The notes under the pieces were generated by a model. The model made no database searches. It was not told the DNA's origin and saw only the letters and a list, made by a program, of their open reading frames with translations. Below, piece by piece: positions 1-9,794 of a stretch of 64,000 bases of DNA. This stretch comes from Actinomycetes bacterium (GTDB lineage: Bacteria > Actinomycetota > Actinomycetes > JAWWOW01), in NCBI GenBank assembly GCA_045807285.1, contig JBJMHR010000018.1, positions 51,113 through 115,112 of the forward strand, in the 5' to 3' direction. Numbering within the stretch: position 1 is the first letter of the stretch; each line of letters begins with the position of its first letter. The position numbers and the translations under genes are program-made.

Positions 1-752
1 CTCGTTGGTTGGCCGGTCGGCGGTTGGGCGAGCACCCATTCGATCGCCGCCAGGATCGCCGCAGTCCCGGCCGGGTCGTAGGCATGACCCATACCGGGGA
101 CGATCTCGAGCCGACGTGGCTCAGCGGCGACCTCGTAGAGCTCAGCCGCGGCCTTCGGAGGGATGAACCGGTCCCGCGCGCCGTGGATGAACGCGATCGG
201 TGCCCGGATCTTTGCCACCAACACGACCGGTGGGTCCGCCCAGGTCCACCGCGGCGCCACGCGCGCGCCGAGCCTGCGCGCGGTGAGCGCACGCCCCGGC
301 CGGGTCTGGGTCAGACCGACCGCGAGGATGCTGCGCCAGGTGCGTGGGACGGTCCACCGGGCCGGTGCGCTGACCGTGACGATGCCGGCGAGGCCGGTCG
401 CTTCGGCGGTATGCCGAAGGACCGCAATCGCTCCCATCGAGGCCCCGACCACCACAATCGGGAGGCCGTGCTCGCGCACCGCCATGACGGCCGCTGCGAC
501 GTCGTGCCGTTCCATGTCGCCGAGCGTCGAAAACCCGGTAGCGGAACCGTGCCCACGCGCGTCGTAGCTGATGACGTCGTAGCCCGCGGTCTGCATCCGC
601 TCGGCAACTGCGCCCACCGCTGGGTCGTCCTTCGACGCCGTGAATCCGTGCACGAGTACGACGACAGCGCGTGCACTGTCCGCGTGCCACCAGCGTGCCG
701 GTAGATCCAGCCCGTCTTCTGTGCGCAGAGTCGTTGCTACGGAGGAGTCCAT
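1..752 (-). CDS. Alpha/beta hydrolase (3' end runs off the window; absent from the ORF track)
   Basis: Manual translation from ATG at 752: MDSSVATTLRTEDGLDLPARWW..VVLVHGF..YDARGHG..GASMG (nucleophile elbow)..FIHGARD..GMGH; no stop before base 1. Confidence 0.85.
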   Translation of the reverse strand, partial: MDSSVATTLRTEDGLDLPARWWHADSARAVVVLVHGFTASKDDPAVGAVAERMQTAGYDVISYDARGHGSATGFSTLGDMERHDVAAAVMAVREHGLPIVVVGASMGAIAVLRHTAEATGLAGIVTVSAPARWTVPRTWRSILAVGLTQTRPGRALTARRLGARVAPRWTWADPPVVLVAKIRAPIAFIHGARDRFIPPKAAAELYEVAAEPRRLEIVPGMGHAYDPAGTAAILAAIEWVLAQPPTGQPT

Positions 753-840
753 GACCGCTGATTACCGTACGGGACAACAGCGCGCGGCAGGTTGTTCGCC
801 CGCTTGGTTGACGGCGCTGCGCCCTAGACTCGGGTGAAGC

Positions 841-3147
841 ATGTCTGCGTCCGACGCTCTTTTCGAAGCTCCCGTCGCCGGCCCGAGGGCCTCGACGGTT
901 GACGCCTTGCTCGAGGGGCTCAACCCCGAGCAACGAGCCGCCGTCACGCACGAGGGTGGCCCGCTGCTGATCGTGGCGGGCGCCGGTTCCGGCAAGACAC
1001 GCGTGCTCACACATCGCATCGCCTACCTGCTCGCTGCGCGCGGCGCGACGCCCGGTCAGATCCTCGCCATCACGTTCACGAACAAGGCCGCCGGCGAGAT
1101 GAAGGAGCGGGTCGCCGCCCTTGTCGGCCCGCGTGCCCGAGCGATGTGGGTGATGACGTTCCACTCAGCTTGCGTGCGAATCCTGCGTGCCGAGGCGAAA
1201 CACATCGGGATCCCGTCGTCGTTCTCGATCTATGACGCAGCCGACTCGCTGCGGTTGATGACGCTGGTCGTCCGCGACCTCGACCTCGACCCGAAGCGTT
1301 TCCCGCCGCGCTCGCTTGCGGCCCAGGTCAGCAACCTCAAGAACGAGCTGATCGACGACGAGGACTTCGCCCGGCGAGCGACGTCCTACGACGAAAAACA
1401 GCTTGCCGAGGTCTACACCGGATACCAGCGTCGCCTGCGTGAGTCGGGTGCGATGGACTTCGACGACCTGATCATGACGACGGTCGGCATGTTGCGGGCC
1501 TTCCCCGACATCGCGGAGCACTATCAGCGCAGGTTCCGGCACGTCCTCGTCGATGAGTACCAGGACACCAACCATGCGCAGTACGCGCTGATCCGCGAGG
1601 TCGTGGGCGTGCGCGAGAAGCGCACCGTCGAGGGCGACGTCGTGCATGCGGGCAGCAGCGTCGATCCGGGCGAGCTGTGCGTCGTCGGAGACGCCGATCA
1701 GTCGATCTACGCGTTCCGCGGCGCGACGATCCGCAACATCAACGAATTCGAGCGCGACTATCCGGATGCGAAGACGATCCTGCTCGAGCAGAACTACCGC
1801 TCCACTCAGACGATCCTCTCCGCCGCGAACGCTGTTATCGCGCGCAACGCGGACCGCAAGCCCAAGAACCTCTGGTCGGAGGCGGGGCACGGCGAACGCA
1901 TCGTCGGCTACGTCGCGGACACCGAGCACGACGAGTCATCGTTCGTCGCGGAGGAGATCGACAGGCTGGTCGACGAGGGTGCGTACTCTCCGTCGCAGAT
2001 CGCGGTGTTCTACCGCACGAATGCGCAGTCCCGCGTCTTCGAGGAAGTCTTCATCCGCGTCGGCCTGCCCTACCGCGTCGTCGGCAGCGTGCGTTTCTAC
2101 GAGCGTCGTGAGGTCCGCGACATGTTGGCCTACCTCCGACTGCTGGCCAACCCGCTTGACACGGTGTCGCTGCGCCGAGTGCTGAACGTCCCGCGACGAG
2201 GCATCGGCGACAAGGCGGAGTCATGTGTCGAAGCACTGTCGTCGCGAGAGCGCATCCCGTTTGCCGACGCGCTCGCGCGCTGCGTCGAGGCGCCCGGCAT
2301 CGCCACCCGTTCGGTGCAAGCCATCGGTGACTTCGTCGCGCTCGTCGACGGGTTGCGCGACCTGGTCAGCGCAGGTCACGGACCGGCGACGATCCTCGAA
2401 GCGGTGCTCGACCGATCCGGTTACCTCTCCGAGCTCGAGGCGAGCGCCGACCCGCAGGACGAAGGCCGGATCGAGAACCTCCGCGAGCTCGTGGCGGTCG
2501 CCCGCGAGTTCGAGGACACCTCTCCCGAAGGCGGCCTCGCGGAGTTCCTCGAGCGCGTCTCGCTGGTCGCCGACGCCGACGAGATCCCCGACGACGACGG
2601 CAGCGGCGGTGTCGTCACATTGATGACGTTGCATACGGCGAAAGGTCTGGAGTTCCCGGTCGTTTTCCTCACCGGCCTCGAGGACGGCGTGTTCCCGCAC
2701 ATGCGTTCGATGAGCGACAGCAAGGAGCTCGAAGAGGAGCGCCGGCTCGCCTATGTCGGCATCACCCGTGCCCGTGAGCGCCTCTACATCAGCCGCGCGG
2801 TCAGCCGCTCGGCCTGGGGCGCGCCGTCGTACAACCCACCCTCGCGGTTCCTCGACGAGCTGCCCGACGACCTCGTGGACTGGCGACGTGAGGCATCGGC
2901 CGCGGCTGCGGCGACCTCATCACCCGCGATGGCTCGGCTTGCCGCGCGACCCGGTGTTCGTTCGCCGGGCAACCGCCCGATCATCTCGCTCGCACCGGGT
3001 GACCGGGTGAACCACGACACGTTCGGGCTCGGCACGGTCGTCGCAACGGCCGGTTTCGCCGACTCCGCGGAAGCGACGGTGGACTTCGGTGACGACGCGA
3101 AGCCGCGGCGGTTCCTGCTTCGTTACGCGCCGCTCGAAAAGCTCTAG
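841..3147 (+). CDS. pcrA: ATP-dependent DNA helicase PcrA/UvrD1
   Basis: Walker A AGAGSGKT, ITFTNKAA, VDEYQD, VGDADQSIY, LEQNYRS, TLHTAKGLEF, EERRLAYVGITRA; C-terminal Tudor-like tail. Confidence 0.97.
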   Translation: MSASDALFEAPVAGPRASTVDALLEGLNPEQRAAVTHEGGPLLIVAGAGSGKTRVLTHRIAYLLAARGATPGQILAITFTNKAAGEMKERVAALVGPRARAMWVMTFHSACVRILRAEAKHIGIPSSFSIYDAADSLRLMTLVVRDLDLDPKRFPPRSLAAQVSNLKNELIDDEDFARRATSYDEKQLAEVYTGYQRRLRESGAMDFDDLIMTTVGMLRAFPDIAEHYQRRFRHVLVDEYQDTNHAQYALIREVVGVREKRTVEGDVVHAGSSVDPGELCVVGDADQSIYAFRGATIRNINEFERDYPDAKTILLEQNYRSTQTILSAANAVIARNADRKPKNLWSEAGHGERIVGYVADTEHDESSFVAEEIDRLVDEGAYSPSQIAVFYRTNAQSRVFEEVFIRVGLPYRVVGSVRFYERREVRDMLAYLRLLANPLDTVSLRRVLNVPRRGIGDKAESCVEALSSRERIPFADALARCVEAPGIATRSVQAIGDFVALVDGLRDLVSAGHGPATILEAVLDRSGYLSELEASADPQDEGRIENLRELVAVAREFEDTSPEGGLAEFLERVSLVADADEIPDDDGSGGVVTLMTLHTAKGLEFPVVFLTGLEDGVFPHMRSMSDSKELEEERRLAYVGITRARERLYISRAVSRSAWGAPSYNPPSRFLDELPDDLVDWRREASAAAAATSSPAMARLAARPGVRSPGNRPIISLAPGDRVNHDTFGLGTVVATAGFADSAEATVDFGDDAKPRRFLLRYAPLEKL

Positions 3148-3163
3148 CTGTCCTCGTACGCCG

Positions 3164-3757
3164 ATGCGCGTCGTCGACCTGTCGCAGATCGTCTCCGAGA
3201 TACAGGCGCGCCCGCCCTTGGCAGGCACGCGCATGGTGGGCATCGACGGCCCGGCCGGGTCGGGGAAGTCGACGCTCGCGCGGCGGATCGCCCGTTTACT
3301 GGCAGCGCCGATCGTGACGACAGACGACTTCTTGTCCTGGGCTGACCTCGACACCTGGTGGCCGCGGTTCGAAAGCGACGTCTTACAACCACTTTTCGAC
3401 CAGCGAGACGCGCGCTATCAAGTGCGTGACTGGCACGGTGACCCGGAAGGCACAAGTGTCGATCGCTGGAAGACCGTGACGTGGGCCCCGGTCATCGTCG
3501 TGGAAGGGGTGACGTCAACCCGCCGCCAGCTGGCGGACCGCCTCGCCTACCGCATCTGGGTGGAGGCACCGGACGACCTTCGGCTCGAGCGGGGTCTTGC
3601 ACGGGACGGGGAGTATTGGTTGCGGCATTGGGTCGACTGGCTGCGGATGGAGTCAGAGTTCTTCACCGTTGACGGCGCGCGGCAACGGGCCGATCTGATC
3701 GTCGACGGCAACCCGGCGACTCCACACGACGCGGAGTCCCAAGTCGTCACCCGATGA
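3164..3757 (+). CDS. P-loop kinase, uridine-kinase-like
   Basis: GIDGPAGSGKST Walker A, TDDF, VEGV, LERGLARDG; ATG at 3164 just after the pcrA stop. Confidence 0.8.
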   Translation: MRVVDLSQIVSEIQARPPLAGTRMVGIDGPAGSGKSTLARRIARLLAAPIVTTDDFLSWADLDTWWPRFESDVLQPLFDQRDARYQVRDWHGDPEGTSVDRWKTVTWAPVIVVEGVTSTRRQLADRLAYRIWVEAPDDLRLERGLARDGEYWLRHWVDWLRMESEFFTVDGARQRADLIVDGNPATPHDAESQVVTR

Positions 3758-4643
3758 GGAAGCCCCGCTTCCGTGCTGGCTTTCGTGCCGGGGCCTTGTC
3801 GCGGAGGTCGACGACCTGCGCGCTCGTCGAGTTACCGGCCGAGTCGAGCTGCGCAAGCGTCGTACAAATCGCGTGTACGACGCGACCGTCGACCGGTAGC
3901 GACAAGTGGCCCAGCCCGCGCACGAAGACGTTGTGAGCATGCAGGTCCGGGTGGTCGATGCGAGCGGACCGCTTCGGCACGATCAGCTGGTCGAGGTCGC
4001 TCCACACACTGATGAAGCGCGTGCGGCAGCCCGGGGCGCGTTGCGCGAGCTCGGCGATCACGTCGCTGTCGGTACGAAGCTGGCCCGCGATCCGGCGGGG
4101 GAGCAGGCGGGCGGCGTGCGTCCCACCGTGCGGCGTACCGAGACACACCAACGTGTGGACGCGTTCGTCACCGCCGAGTCGCTGCACGTAGTAACGAGCA
4201 ATCAAGCCGCCGAGGCTGTGGCCGACGATGTGTACGCGTTCGTAGCCCGTCTCCGCACACACCCGCTCGACGCGTCCGGCCAAGCTGCGTGCCGCTGACG
4301 GAATGTCGTGGGTCAGCACGCTGTAGTTGATCGCCACGATCCGTCCGAATCCACGGCGACGCAGTCCGCGTCGGAGCAACGTGAAGATCGAACGGTTGTC
4401 GACCATGCCGTGTAACAGGAGGATCGGCGTACCGGCGGCCTCGACGTCGGCCACGTGAAGCCCGCGCTGCAACGGAGGCAAGTCCGCCAGCGAATACCGG
4501 TCCAACTCGCGAAGTTTCTCCCGAGTCAGCCCGAACGGATAGGACGCAACGTGGGTGGCGACCCACGCGGTTTCGAGCGCGATGCCCAACACGCCTGCGG
4601 GCGAACACACCGCCCGCGCAGCGGTCTTCAACTTGTCTCGCAC
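3747..4643 (-). CDS. Lipase/esterase (alpha/beta hydrolase)
   Basis: LLHG, GHSLGG, LGTPHGGT, SDLD, GHLSL; probable GTG start at 4643 with GGAG upstream. The ORF-track 5' extension overlaps the next gene. Confidence 0.85.
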   Translation of the reverse strand: MRDKLKTAARAVCSPAGVLGIALETAWVATHVASYPFGLTREKLRELDRYSLADLPPLQRGLHVADVEAAGTPILLLHGMVDNRSIFTLLRRGLRRRGFGRIVAINYSVLTHDIPSAARSLAGRVERVCAETGYERVHIVGHSLGGLIARYYVQRLGGDERVHTLVCLGTPHGGTHAARLLPRRIAGQLRTDSDVIAELAQRAPGCRTRFISVWSDLDQLIVPKRSARIDHPDLHAHNVFVRGLGHLSLPVDGRVVHAICTTLAQLDSAGNSTSAQVVDLRDKAPARKPARKRGFLIG

Positions 4644-4737
4644 ACCTGCTCCCGGATCACGGTGAGCCCGATGGGGAAGCGGACGACCCGCAACGGTAAC
4701 CGGACCGATGTCCGGATGCGAAAAGACTCGCGATCGA

Positions 4738-6120
4738 TCAGCAACGACCGCGTAACGGTGCCTGCCAGCGCGCGCGTCTCGCGTCGAGCCGGTCCCGTGG
4801 GGGGTGGCCGGCCAGCTCCACCAGGTGTGCAGCCACAACACGTCGCAGCTCGCTCGGTTCGGGTGAGATGCAGGCGTCAGCGAAGCCGAGCCGGCGCAGT
4901 GCCGCCGGTGTGACTGCGCCGTTGTCGGCAGCCGCTTCTGTCGACATGCGCAGTGCCAACGCGGCGCCCTCCGGTGCAATGGCGGTGAAGTAGCCGTTGG
5001 TCGTGATGACGACCCGGTCAGCGACGGTCGCGGCGAGTGCTCCACCGCTGCCACCTTCTCCGTGGACGACGGCGAGTGTCGGCGACGTGCACTCCAGCAG
5101 GGCGAGCATCGCGTCCCCGATGGCCGCCGCCAGCCCGCCGTCCTCGCTCGGCGGGAGCGGGTCCGCGCCCGGTGTGTCGACGAACGTGCAGAGATCGAGG
5201 TCGAGCCGGTCGGCGAGCCGAGCGCCGCGGCGCAGAAGTGCGAACCCGTGCGGTGTCGGGCGGGCCTGTCGTTGCGCAGCGAGCGCGACGCCGACTGTCG
5301 GCCGGTTGGCCGCCGATCGGCCGATGACCGCACGCATGGTGTCGTCAGCGGACCCCAGCTCGACCACGTCGTCCAGGACGACATCGAGCAGCTGCGCCCC
5401 GGTGCGCCGGTCGTTGGTGCGGGCCCGTTCAACCTGTGCCCAGCCGGAAATCGTCGGCGGTTCGACGGTCGTCGGTGCACCGATGTCGACGGGGTCGCCT
5501 CGGCTGGTGGTGGCTAAGGCCCGACGAACCCACTCCTCCAGCTCGTCGGGCGCGAGGACGGCGTCCAACAATCCGGCGGCGGCGGCGCTTTCGGCGGTGT
5601 TCGCTGTCGGTGGGATCTGTTCGCCGGTCATGGCGGTGATCACGCGTGGACCGGAGAAGCCCACGGTCGCGGACTGGACGCCTGCGCGCAGATCGGACTG
5701 ACTGACGATGCTCACCCAGACGCCGCCGGTGGTCGGGTTGTCCGCGACGGAGATGTGCGGCAGTCGTGCAGCAGCCAGGTCGCTGAGGGCCAGCGCAGTG
5801 CGCGGAATCCCGACGAGAGCGGCGACGCCTTCTTGCAGCCGTGTCCCGCCGGTGCGCACGATCGTGAGCAACGGCAGCCTGCGCTCGACGGCCCTGTCCG
5901 CTGCGGCGCAGAACGTGCTCGCCTCGGCCTCGCCGAGGCTTCCGCCGTACACCGAGAAATCCCATGTGCATGCGACGACGTCGTGGCCTGCGACCGGGCC
6001 CACCCCGAACTGAACGGCCGAACGTGGTGCATAGCCCGGCCAGCTGATCGGGTTTCGTCCGGTTGTGCTCGACTCGTCGAAGCGGACGCCGCTCAAGAGC
6101 CTGCTGCACCAGTCGCTCAT
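4738..6120 (-). CDS. Fused beta/alpha acyl-CoA carboxyltransferase (AccD3-like)
   Basis: [33 protein letters not shown] in the N half; [23 protein letters not shown] in the C half. Confidence 0.85.
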   Translation of the reverse strand: MSDWCSRLLSGVRFDESSTTGRNPISWPGYAPRSAVQFGVGPVAGHDVVACTWDFSVYGGSLGEAEASTFCAAADRAVERRLPLLTIVRTGGTRLQEGVAALVGIPRTALALSDLAAARLPHISVADNPTTGGVWVSIVSQSDLRAGVQSATVGFSGPRVITAMTGEQIPPTANTAESAAAAGLLDAVLAPDELEEWVRRALATTSRGDPVDIGAPTTVEPPTISGWAQVERARTNDRRTGAQLLDVVLDDVVELGSADDTMRAVIGRSAANRPTVGVALAAQRQARPTPHGFALLRRGARLADRLDLDLCTFVDTPGADPLPPSEDGGLAAAIGDAMLALLECTSPTLAVVHGEGGSGGALAATVADRVVITTNGYFTAIAPEGAALALRMSTEAAADNGAVTPAALRRLGFADACISPEPSELRRVVAAHLVELAGHPPRDRLDARRARWQAPLRGRC

Positions 6121-6158
6121 CGTCGGGCTACTCTGCCAGCCGAACAGGAGGTACGGCG

Positions 6159-6575
6159 ATGACGAGCAGCACGGGCCCGATCCGCGTTGTCGTCGCGAAG
6201 CCGGGCCTCGACGGCCATGACCGCGGGGCGAAGGTCGTGGCGCGGGCGTTGCGCGACGCCGGCATGGAGGTCATCTACACCGGCCTGCACCAGACACCCG
6301 AGCAGATCGTCGACACCGCTATCCAAGAGGACGCTGACTGCATCGGGCTTTCGGTGCTGTCCGGGGCGCACATGACGCTGTGCGCTCGGGTGGTCGAGCT
6401 GCTCCGTGAACGTGACGCCACCGACATCGTGCTGACCGTCGGCGGGATCATCCCGGACGACGACATTCCGGAGCTCAAGGCGATGGGCGTCGCCCAGGTG
6501 TTCACTCCCGGGACGACGACGCAGTCGATCGTCGAGTGGATCCGCGCGAACGTCGGACAGGCCGGCGCCGCCTAG
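6159..6575 (+). CDS. Cobalamin-binding small subunit of acyl-CoA mutase (IcmB-like)
   Basis: [10 protein letters not shown] (DxHxxG), SVLSGAH, GGIIP, FTPG; SD CAGGAGG upstream. Confidence 0.93.
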   Translation: MTSSTGPIRVVVAKPGLDGHDRGAKVVARALRDAGMEVIYTGLHQTPEQIVDTAIQEDADCIGLSVLSGAHMTLCARVVELLRERDATDIVLTVGGIIPDDDIPELKAMGVAQVFTPGTTTQSIVEWIRANVGQAGAA

Positions 6576-6590
6576 ACATCTCCAGGGCAG

Positions 6591-6631
6591 CCGTCAGGGG
6601 CGGCCGACTGGGAGAGGGCCGCCCCTGACGG
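6591..6631. terminator. 15-bp perfect inverted repeat between convergent genes
   Basis: CCGTCAGGGGCGGCC (6591-6605) / GGCCGCCCCTGACGG (6617-6631), 11-nt loop. Confidence 0.8.
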
Positions 6632-6649
6632 AGCTTCGGGGGTCTGCGG

Positions 6650-7168
6650 TCAGGAACTCGTACTCCAGTACTTCCAGCCCACCGCGGTGCTCGGGACCTT
6701 CGCCGTACCGGTGTCGCCGTAGCGGTACGTGCAGTTGCCGTTGTCGTACACGTGCTCCCAGTGCACGTAGTAACCCCACGAGCCGTACTGCAGGTTGCCG
6801 TAGTAACCGGACGGGATCGAGTGCGAGTACGTGTGGCCGACGGTGATGGTCTGCGACCTCTCTGCGCTCGCGCTGATCTGCGCCTTCACGCTGCTGACGA
6901 TGTCCGACACGCTCACCTCGGTGCTGTAGGACATCGAGGCCGAGACAGATGTCGAGTTCTGCACCGAAACGGTCATCGTGCCACCAGGACCGTCCTTGAA
7001 GTACGTGCCGGGTGCCGGCAGGTGGTACGACGATGACGACGTGACGTCGACGTACCAACCACGGTCGCTCACGCACGCCGCGTTCGCGACGCCTGATGTG
7101 CCCGCAACCAGCATGCCGGTCATCGGCACAACAGCCGCAAGCAATTTCGCCATTCGGGTGACACGCAT
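6650..7168 (-). CDS. Secreted Ser/Thr-rich beta-strand protein (possible minimal aerolysin/ETX-type fold)
   Basis: Signal peptide ending ANA-A, strong SD GAAGGAGG, two Cys, long alternating polar/apolar tract, aromatic-rich C-terminus. CDS is well supported; fold is inferred. Confidence 0.75.
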   Translation of the reverse strand: MRVTRMAKLLAAVVPMTGMLVAGTSGVANAACVSDRGWYVDVTSSSSYHLPAPGTYFKDGPGGTMTVSVQNSTSVSASMSYSTEVSVSDIVSSVKAQISASAERSQTITVGHTYSHSIPSGYYGNLQYGSWGYYVHWEHVYDNGNCTYRYGDTGTAKVPSTAVGWKYWSTSS

Positions 7169-7356
7169 GACGCCTCCTTCGGTCGCCGCGGAAGCCCGGT
7201 GCCTCCGCGGGGAACGTTGCTGTCACCCGTCCTTCGTTCGAGCCGGCCAAACCCTGCTGAGAATTTTTAGAACCTCCAGAGCAACCTCCGTTGACGTCGC
7301 CGCGAGGCGTGACGTGCAATCCGCACACGTTCTTCCGATGACTGGGACGGGGGATC

Positions 7357-8313
7357 ATGAAGGAAAATCGTCTTTCGCCTGCACGCGATTCGACCGAAGC
7401 GCGGTGGCAGACGATCTGGCAGCACCGGGCCGACCTGTTGCGACTTGCGCGGTCGCGAGTGGCCACTGAGTCTGATGCTGAGGACGTCGTCCACGAGGCG
7501 ATGACCCTCGCCGCCGCAGACCCGAGGGTCGAGCTGGATCGAGCCGGCGCGTGGCTCAACCGCGTCGTACGCAATCGATGTGCCGACATCGCACGAGAAC
7601 GGTCGTATGCCGACAAGCGCGTGATCTACGAATACGGCCGCGCGCGGGTGCAACCGTTGACCGAGGACATCGTTTGCGACAACGCCGAAGCTGCCTTCCT
7701 TACGCAGATGCTCGAGACGCTCCCGTCACGGCAGCACGAGGCGCTGCTGCATGCGTCCGAAGGTTTGTCGAACGCGCAGATAGCGACTGCGATGAGTACG
7801 ACGGTGAAGGCCATCGAAAGCCTGCTGGTGAAGGCTCGTCGCACACTGCGGATGGCAGCAGCGGCAGCCGTGACGGGATTCGCGTGCCTCGTACGTCGGC
7901 CGATTCGTTCCGTTCCGTCGGCTGCCGGGCTCGTTGTTCTCAGCGTCGGACTCGGTGTCTATGCGTTCCATCCACCGGTTGCGTCGCCGTCGCGCGCACC
8001 CCTTGTCCAAGCACAGACCAACGCGACCGTGGTGACGCAGTTCGTGAAAGCTCATGCCGCGACGGCGAGCGCTCACGACAGGCTGTCGTCAGGCGCAGCG
8101 CGACGCACGCTCTCTACGCACATTCGCAAGCCCGTGCAGATTCACCGGCACCACGGCGGTGCCGAGGTCAAAGCCGGACCGACGGACACGAACGTGTCCA
8201 CCGACCAGTACGGACCGATCGCCAATCCCGTCCCTGACGCCGCCGCCTGCGTGCGCGGCGGCGTCATCGTCAGCCTTGAGTACGTCGGCTGCCGCAACAG
8301 CCGGGGCCGATGA
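7357..8313 (+). CDS. ECF sigma factor with C-terminal transmembrane/extracytoplasmic extension
   Basis: Region 2 (DAEDVVHEA, AWLNRVVRNRCAD), region 4 (LPSRQHEALL..EGLSNAQIATAMSTTVKAIESLLVKARRTL), hydrophobic AAGLVVLSVGLGVYAF, tail with a Cys pair. Confidence 0.85.
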   Translation: MKENRLSPARDSTEARWQTIWQHRADLLRLARSRVATESDAEDVVHEAMTLAAADPRVELDRAGAWLNRVVRNRCADIARERSYADKRVIYEYGRARVQPLTEDIVCDNAEAAFLTQMLETLPSRQHEALLHASEGLSNAQIATAMSTTVKAIESLLVKARRTLRMAAAAAVTGFACLVRRPIRSVPSAAGLVVLSVGLGVYAFHPPVASPSRAPLVQAQTNATVVTQFVKAHAATASAHDRLSSGAARRTLSTHIRKPVQIHRHHGGAEVKAGPTDTNVSTDQYGPIANPVPDAAACVRGGVIVSLEYVGCRNSRGR

Positions 8314-8546
8314 CACCCCACGAAAGGACCGCTTCGATGAACACGTACTCCATGTCTCCCGTACGCGCTATCGCACTTACGGTCGCACTCTGCCTGGCGC
8401 TGTCGACGCTCACGTTGGTGACCGAGTGGAGCGCGGGCACGCTGCGCGCGACCCGCGGTACGGGCTGCGTGAGGGTGGTGGAGGTCACTCACGGCAAGAC
8501 GGTCATCAACACCAGGGTCTGCATGCCGGACGTGCCCAATCCCTGA
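8310..8546 (+). CDS. Small secreted or membrane-anchored peptide with a Cys-closed hairpin
   Basis: ATGA overlap with the sigma stop (alternative ATG 8337 after AAAGGA); hydrophobic AIALTVALCLALSTLTLV; C-terminal CVRVVEVTHGKTVINTRVC. Confidence 0.6.
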   Translation: MTPHERTASMNTYSMSPVRAIALTVALCLALSTLTLVTEWSAGTLRATRGTGCVRVVEVTHGKTVINTRVCMPDVPNP

Positions 8547-8600
8547 CCGGCAACCCTGCGCGCGGAACGCCGTTCGAAGCGGCCGGTAACCTCCTCGCTC

Positions 8601-9791
8601 GTGGATCTCTACGAGTATCAAGCGAAAGAGCTGTTCGCCGCGCACGGCGTACCGGTGACTCGGCAGGTCGTCGCGACGACGCCGGCCGAGGCGCGCGCTG
8701 CCGCGGAACAGCTCGGCGGGCAGGTCGTCGTCAAGGCTCAGGTGAAGACCGGCGGCCGTGGCAAGGCCGGTGGAGTGAAACTCGCCGACGACCCGGCCGA
8801 CGCCGAGGAGAAGGCGAGCAAGATCCTCGGTCTCGACATCAAGGGCCACGTCGTTCGCACGATCCTCGTTACCGAGGCGAGCGACATCGGGGAGGAGTAC
8901 TACTTCTCGTTCTTGCTCGATCGCGCCAACCGCAGCTATCTCGCCATGTGCTCAGCGGAAGGCGGCGTCGAGATCGAGCAGCTCGCGGTCGAGAAGCCCG
9001 ACGCGCTGGCACGAGTGCCGATCGACCCCGTCACGGGCGTCGACTCATCGCTCGCCCGTCGCATCGCCCAGCAAGGAGACATTCCGGCGGTCGTCCTCGA
9101 TCAGGCAGTCGACGTCATCGTGAAGCTCTGGGACGTCTTCACCGCCGAGGAGGCAACGCTCGTCGAGGTCAACCCGCTCGTCCGCACACCGGACGACCGC
9201 GTGATCGCGCTGGACGGCAAAGTGACCCTTGACGACAACGCCGACTTCCGGCATCGCGAGGTCCACGAGGCCTACCGCGACATCTCCGCAACGGATCCAC
9301 TCGAGGTCGCCGCAAAACAGAAGAACCTCAACTACGTCAAGTTGGACGGCGAGGTCGGCATCATCGGTAACGGTGCAGGTCTGGTGATGTCGACGCTTGA
9401 TGTGGTTGCGTACGCCGGCGAGGACTTCGGCGGCGTACGACCGGCGAACTTCCTCGACATCGGTGGCGGTGCCTCGGCCGAGGTGATGGCGAACGGGCTG
9501 GAGATCATCCTGTCCGATCCATCAGTCCGGTCGGTGTTCGTCAACGTCTTCGGCGGCATCACAGCTTGCGACGCGGTAGCGAACGGCATCGTGGCCGCGC
9601 TCGCCATGCTCGACTCTCGGGGTGAGGAGCTGACCAAGCCGCTCGTCGTACGGCTCGACGGCAACAACGCCGACGAAGGGCGTCGGATCCTGCGCGAGAA
9701 CGGACACGCCCTCGTCGAGCAGGTCGACACGATGGACGGCGCGGCCCGCCGCGCGGCTGAGCTCGCGGCGACGTCGGCCAAGGGGGTCTGA
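8601..9791 (+). CDS. sucC: Succinyl-CoA synthetase beta subunit
   Basis: [54 protein letters not shown]. Confidence 0.97.
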   Translation: MDLYEYQAKELFAAHGVPVTRQVVATTPAEARAAAEQLGGQVVVKAQVKTGGRGKAGGVKLADDPADAEEKASKILGLDIKGHVVRTILVTEASDIGEEYYFSFLLDRANRSYLAMCSAEGGVEIEQLAVEKPDALARVPIDPVTGVDSSLARRIAQQGDIPAVVLDQAVDVIVKLWDVFTAEEATLVEVNPLVRTPDDRVIALDGKVTLDDNADFRHREVHEAYRDISATDPLEVAAKQKNLNYVKLDGEVGIIGNGAGLVMSTLDVVAYAGEDFGGVRPANFLDIGGGASAEVMANGLEIILSDPSVRSVFVNVFGGITACDAVANGIVAALAMLDSRGEELTKPLVVRLDGNNADEGRRILRENGHALVEQVDTMDGAARRAAELAATSAKGV

Positions 9792-9794
9792 GCA

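Noticed and set aside
3747-5480. Apparent 577-aa lipase fusion; similar 5' extensions at 25925-27937, 33658-35859, 40176-41513 and 51084-52847
   Set aside because: The extensions overlap other real genes and are junk-like; internal starts with an SD or -10 support the shorter calls.
6121-6158. Possible cobalamin riboswitch for the mutase genes (also 27461-27481)
   Set aside because: The intergenic regions are far too short.
6576-8600. Mobile-element origin of the ECF island
   Set aside because: I could see no integrase, transposase, tRNA or flanking direct repeats, so it is kept only as an accessory insert.
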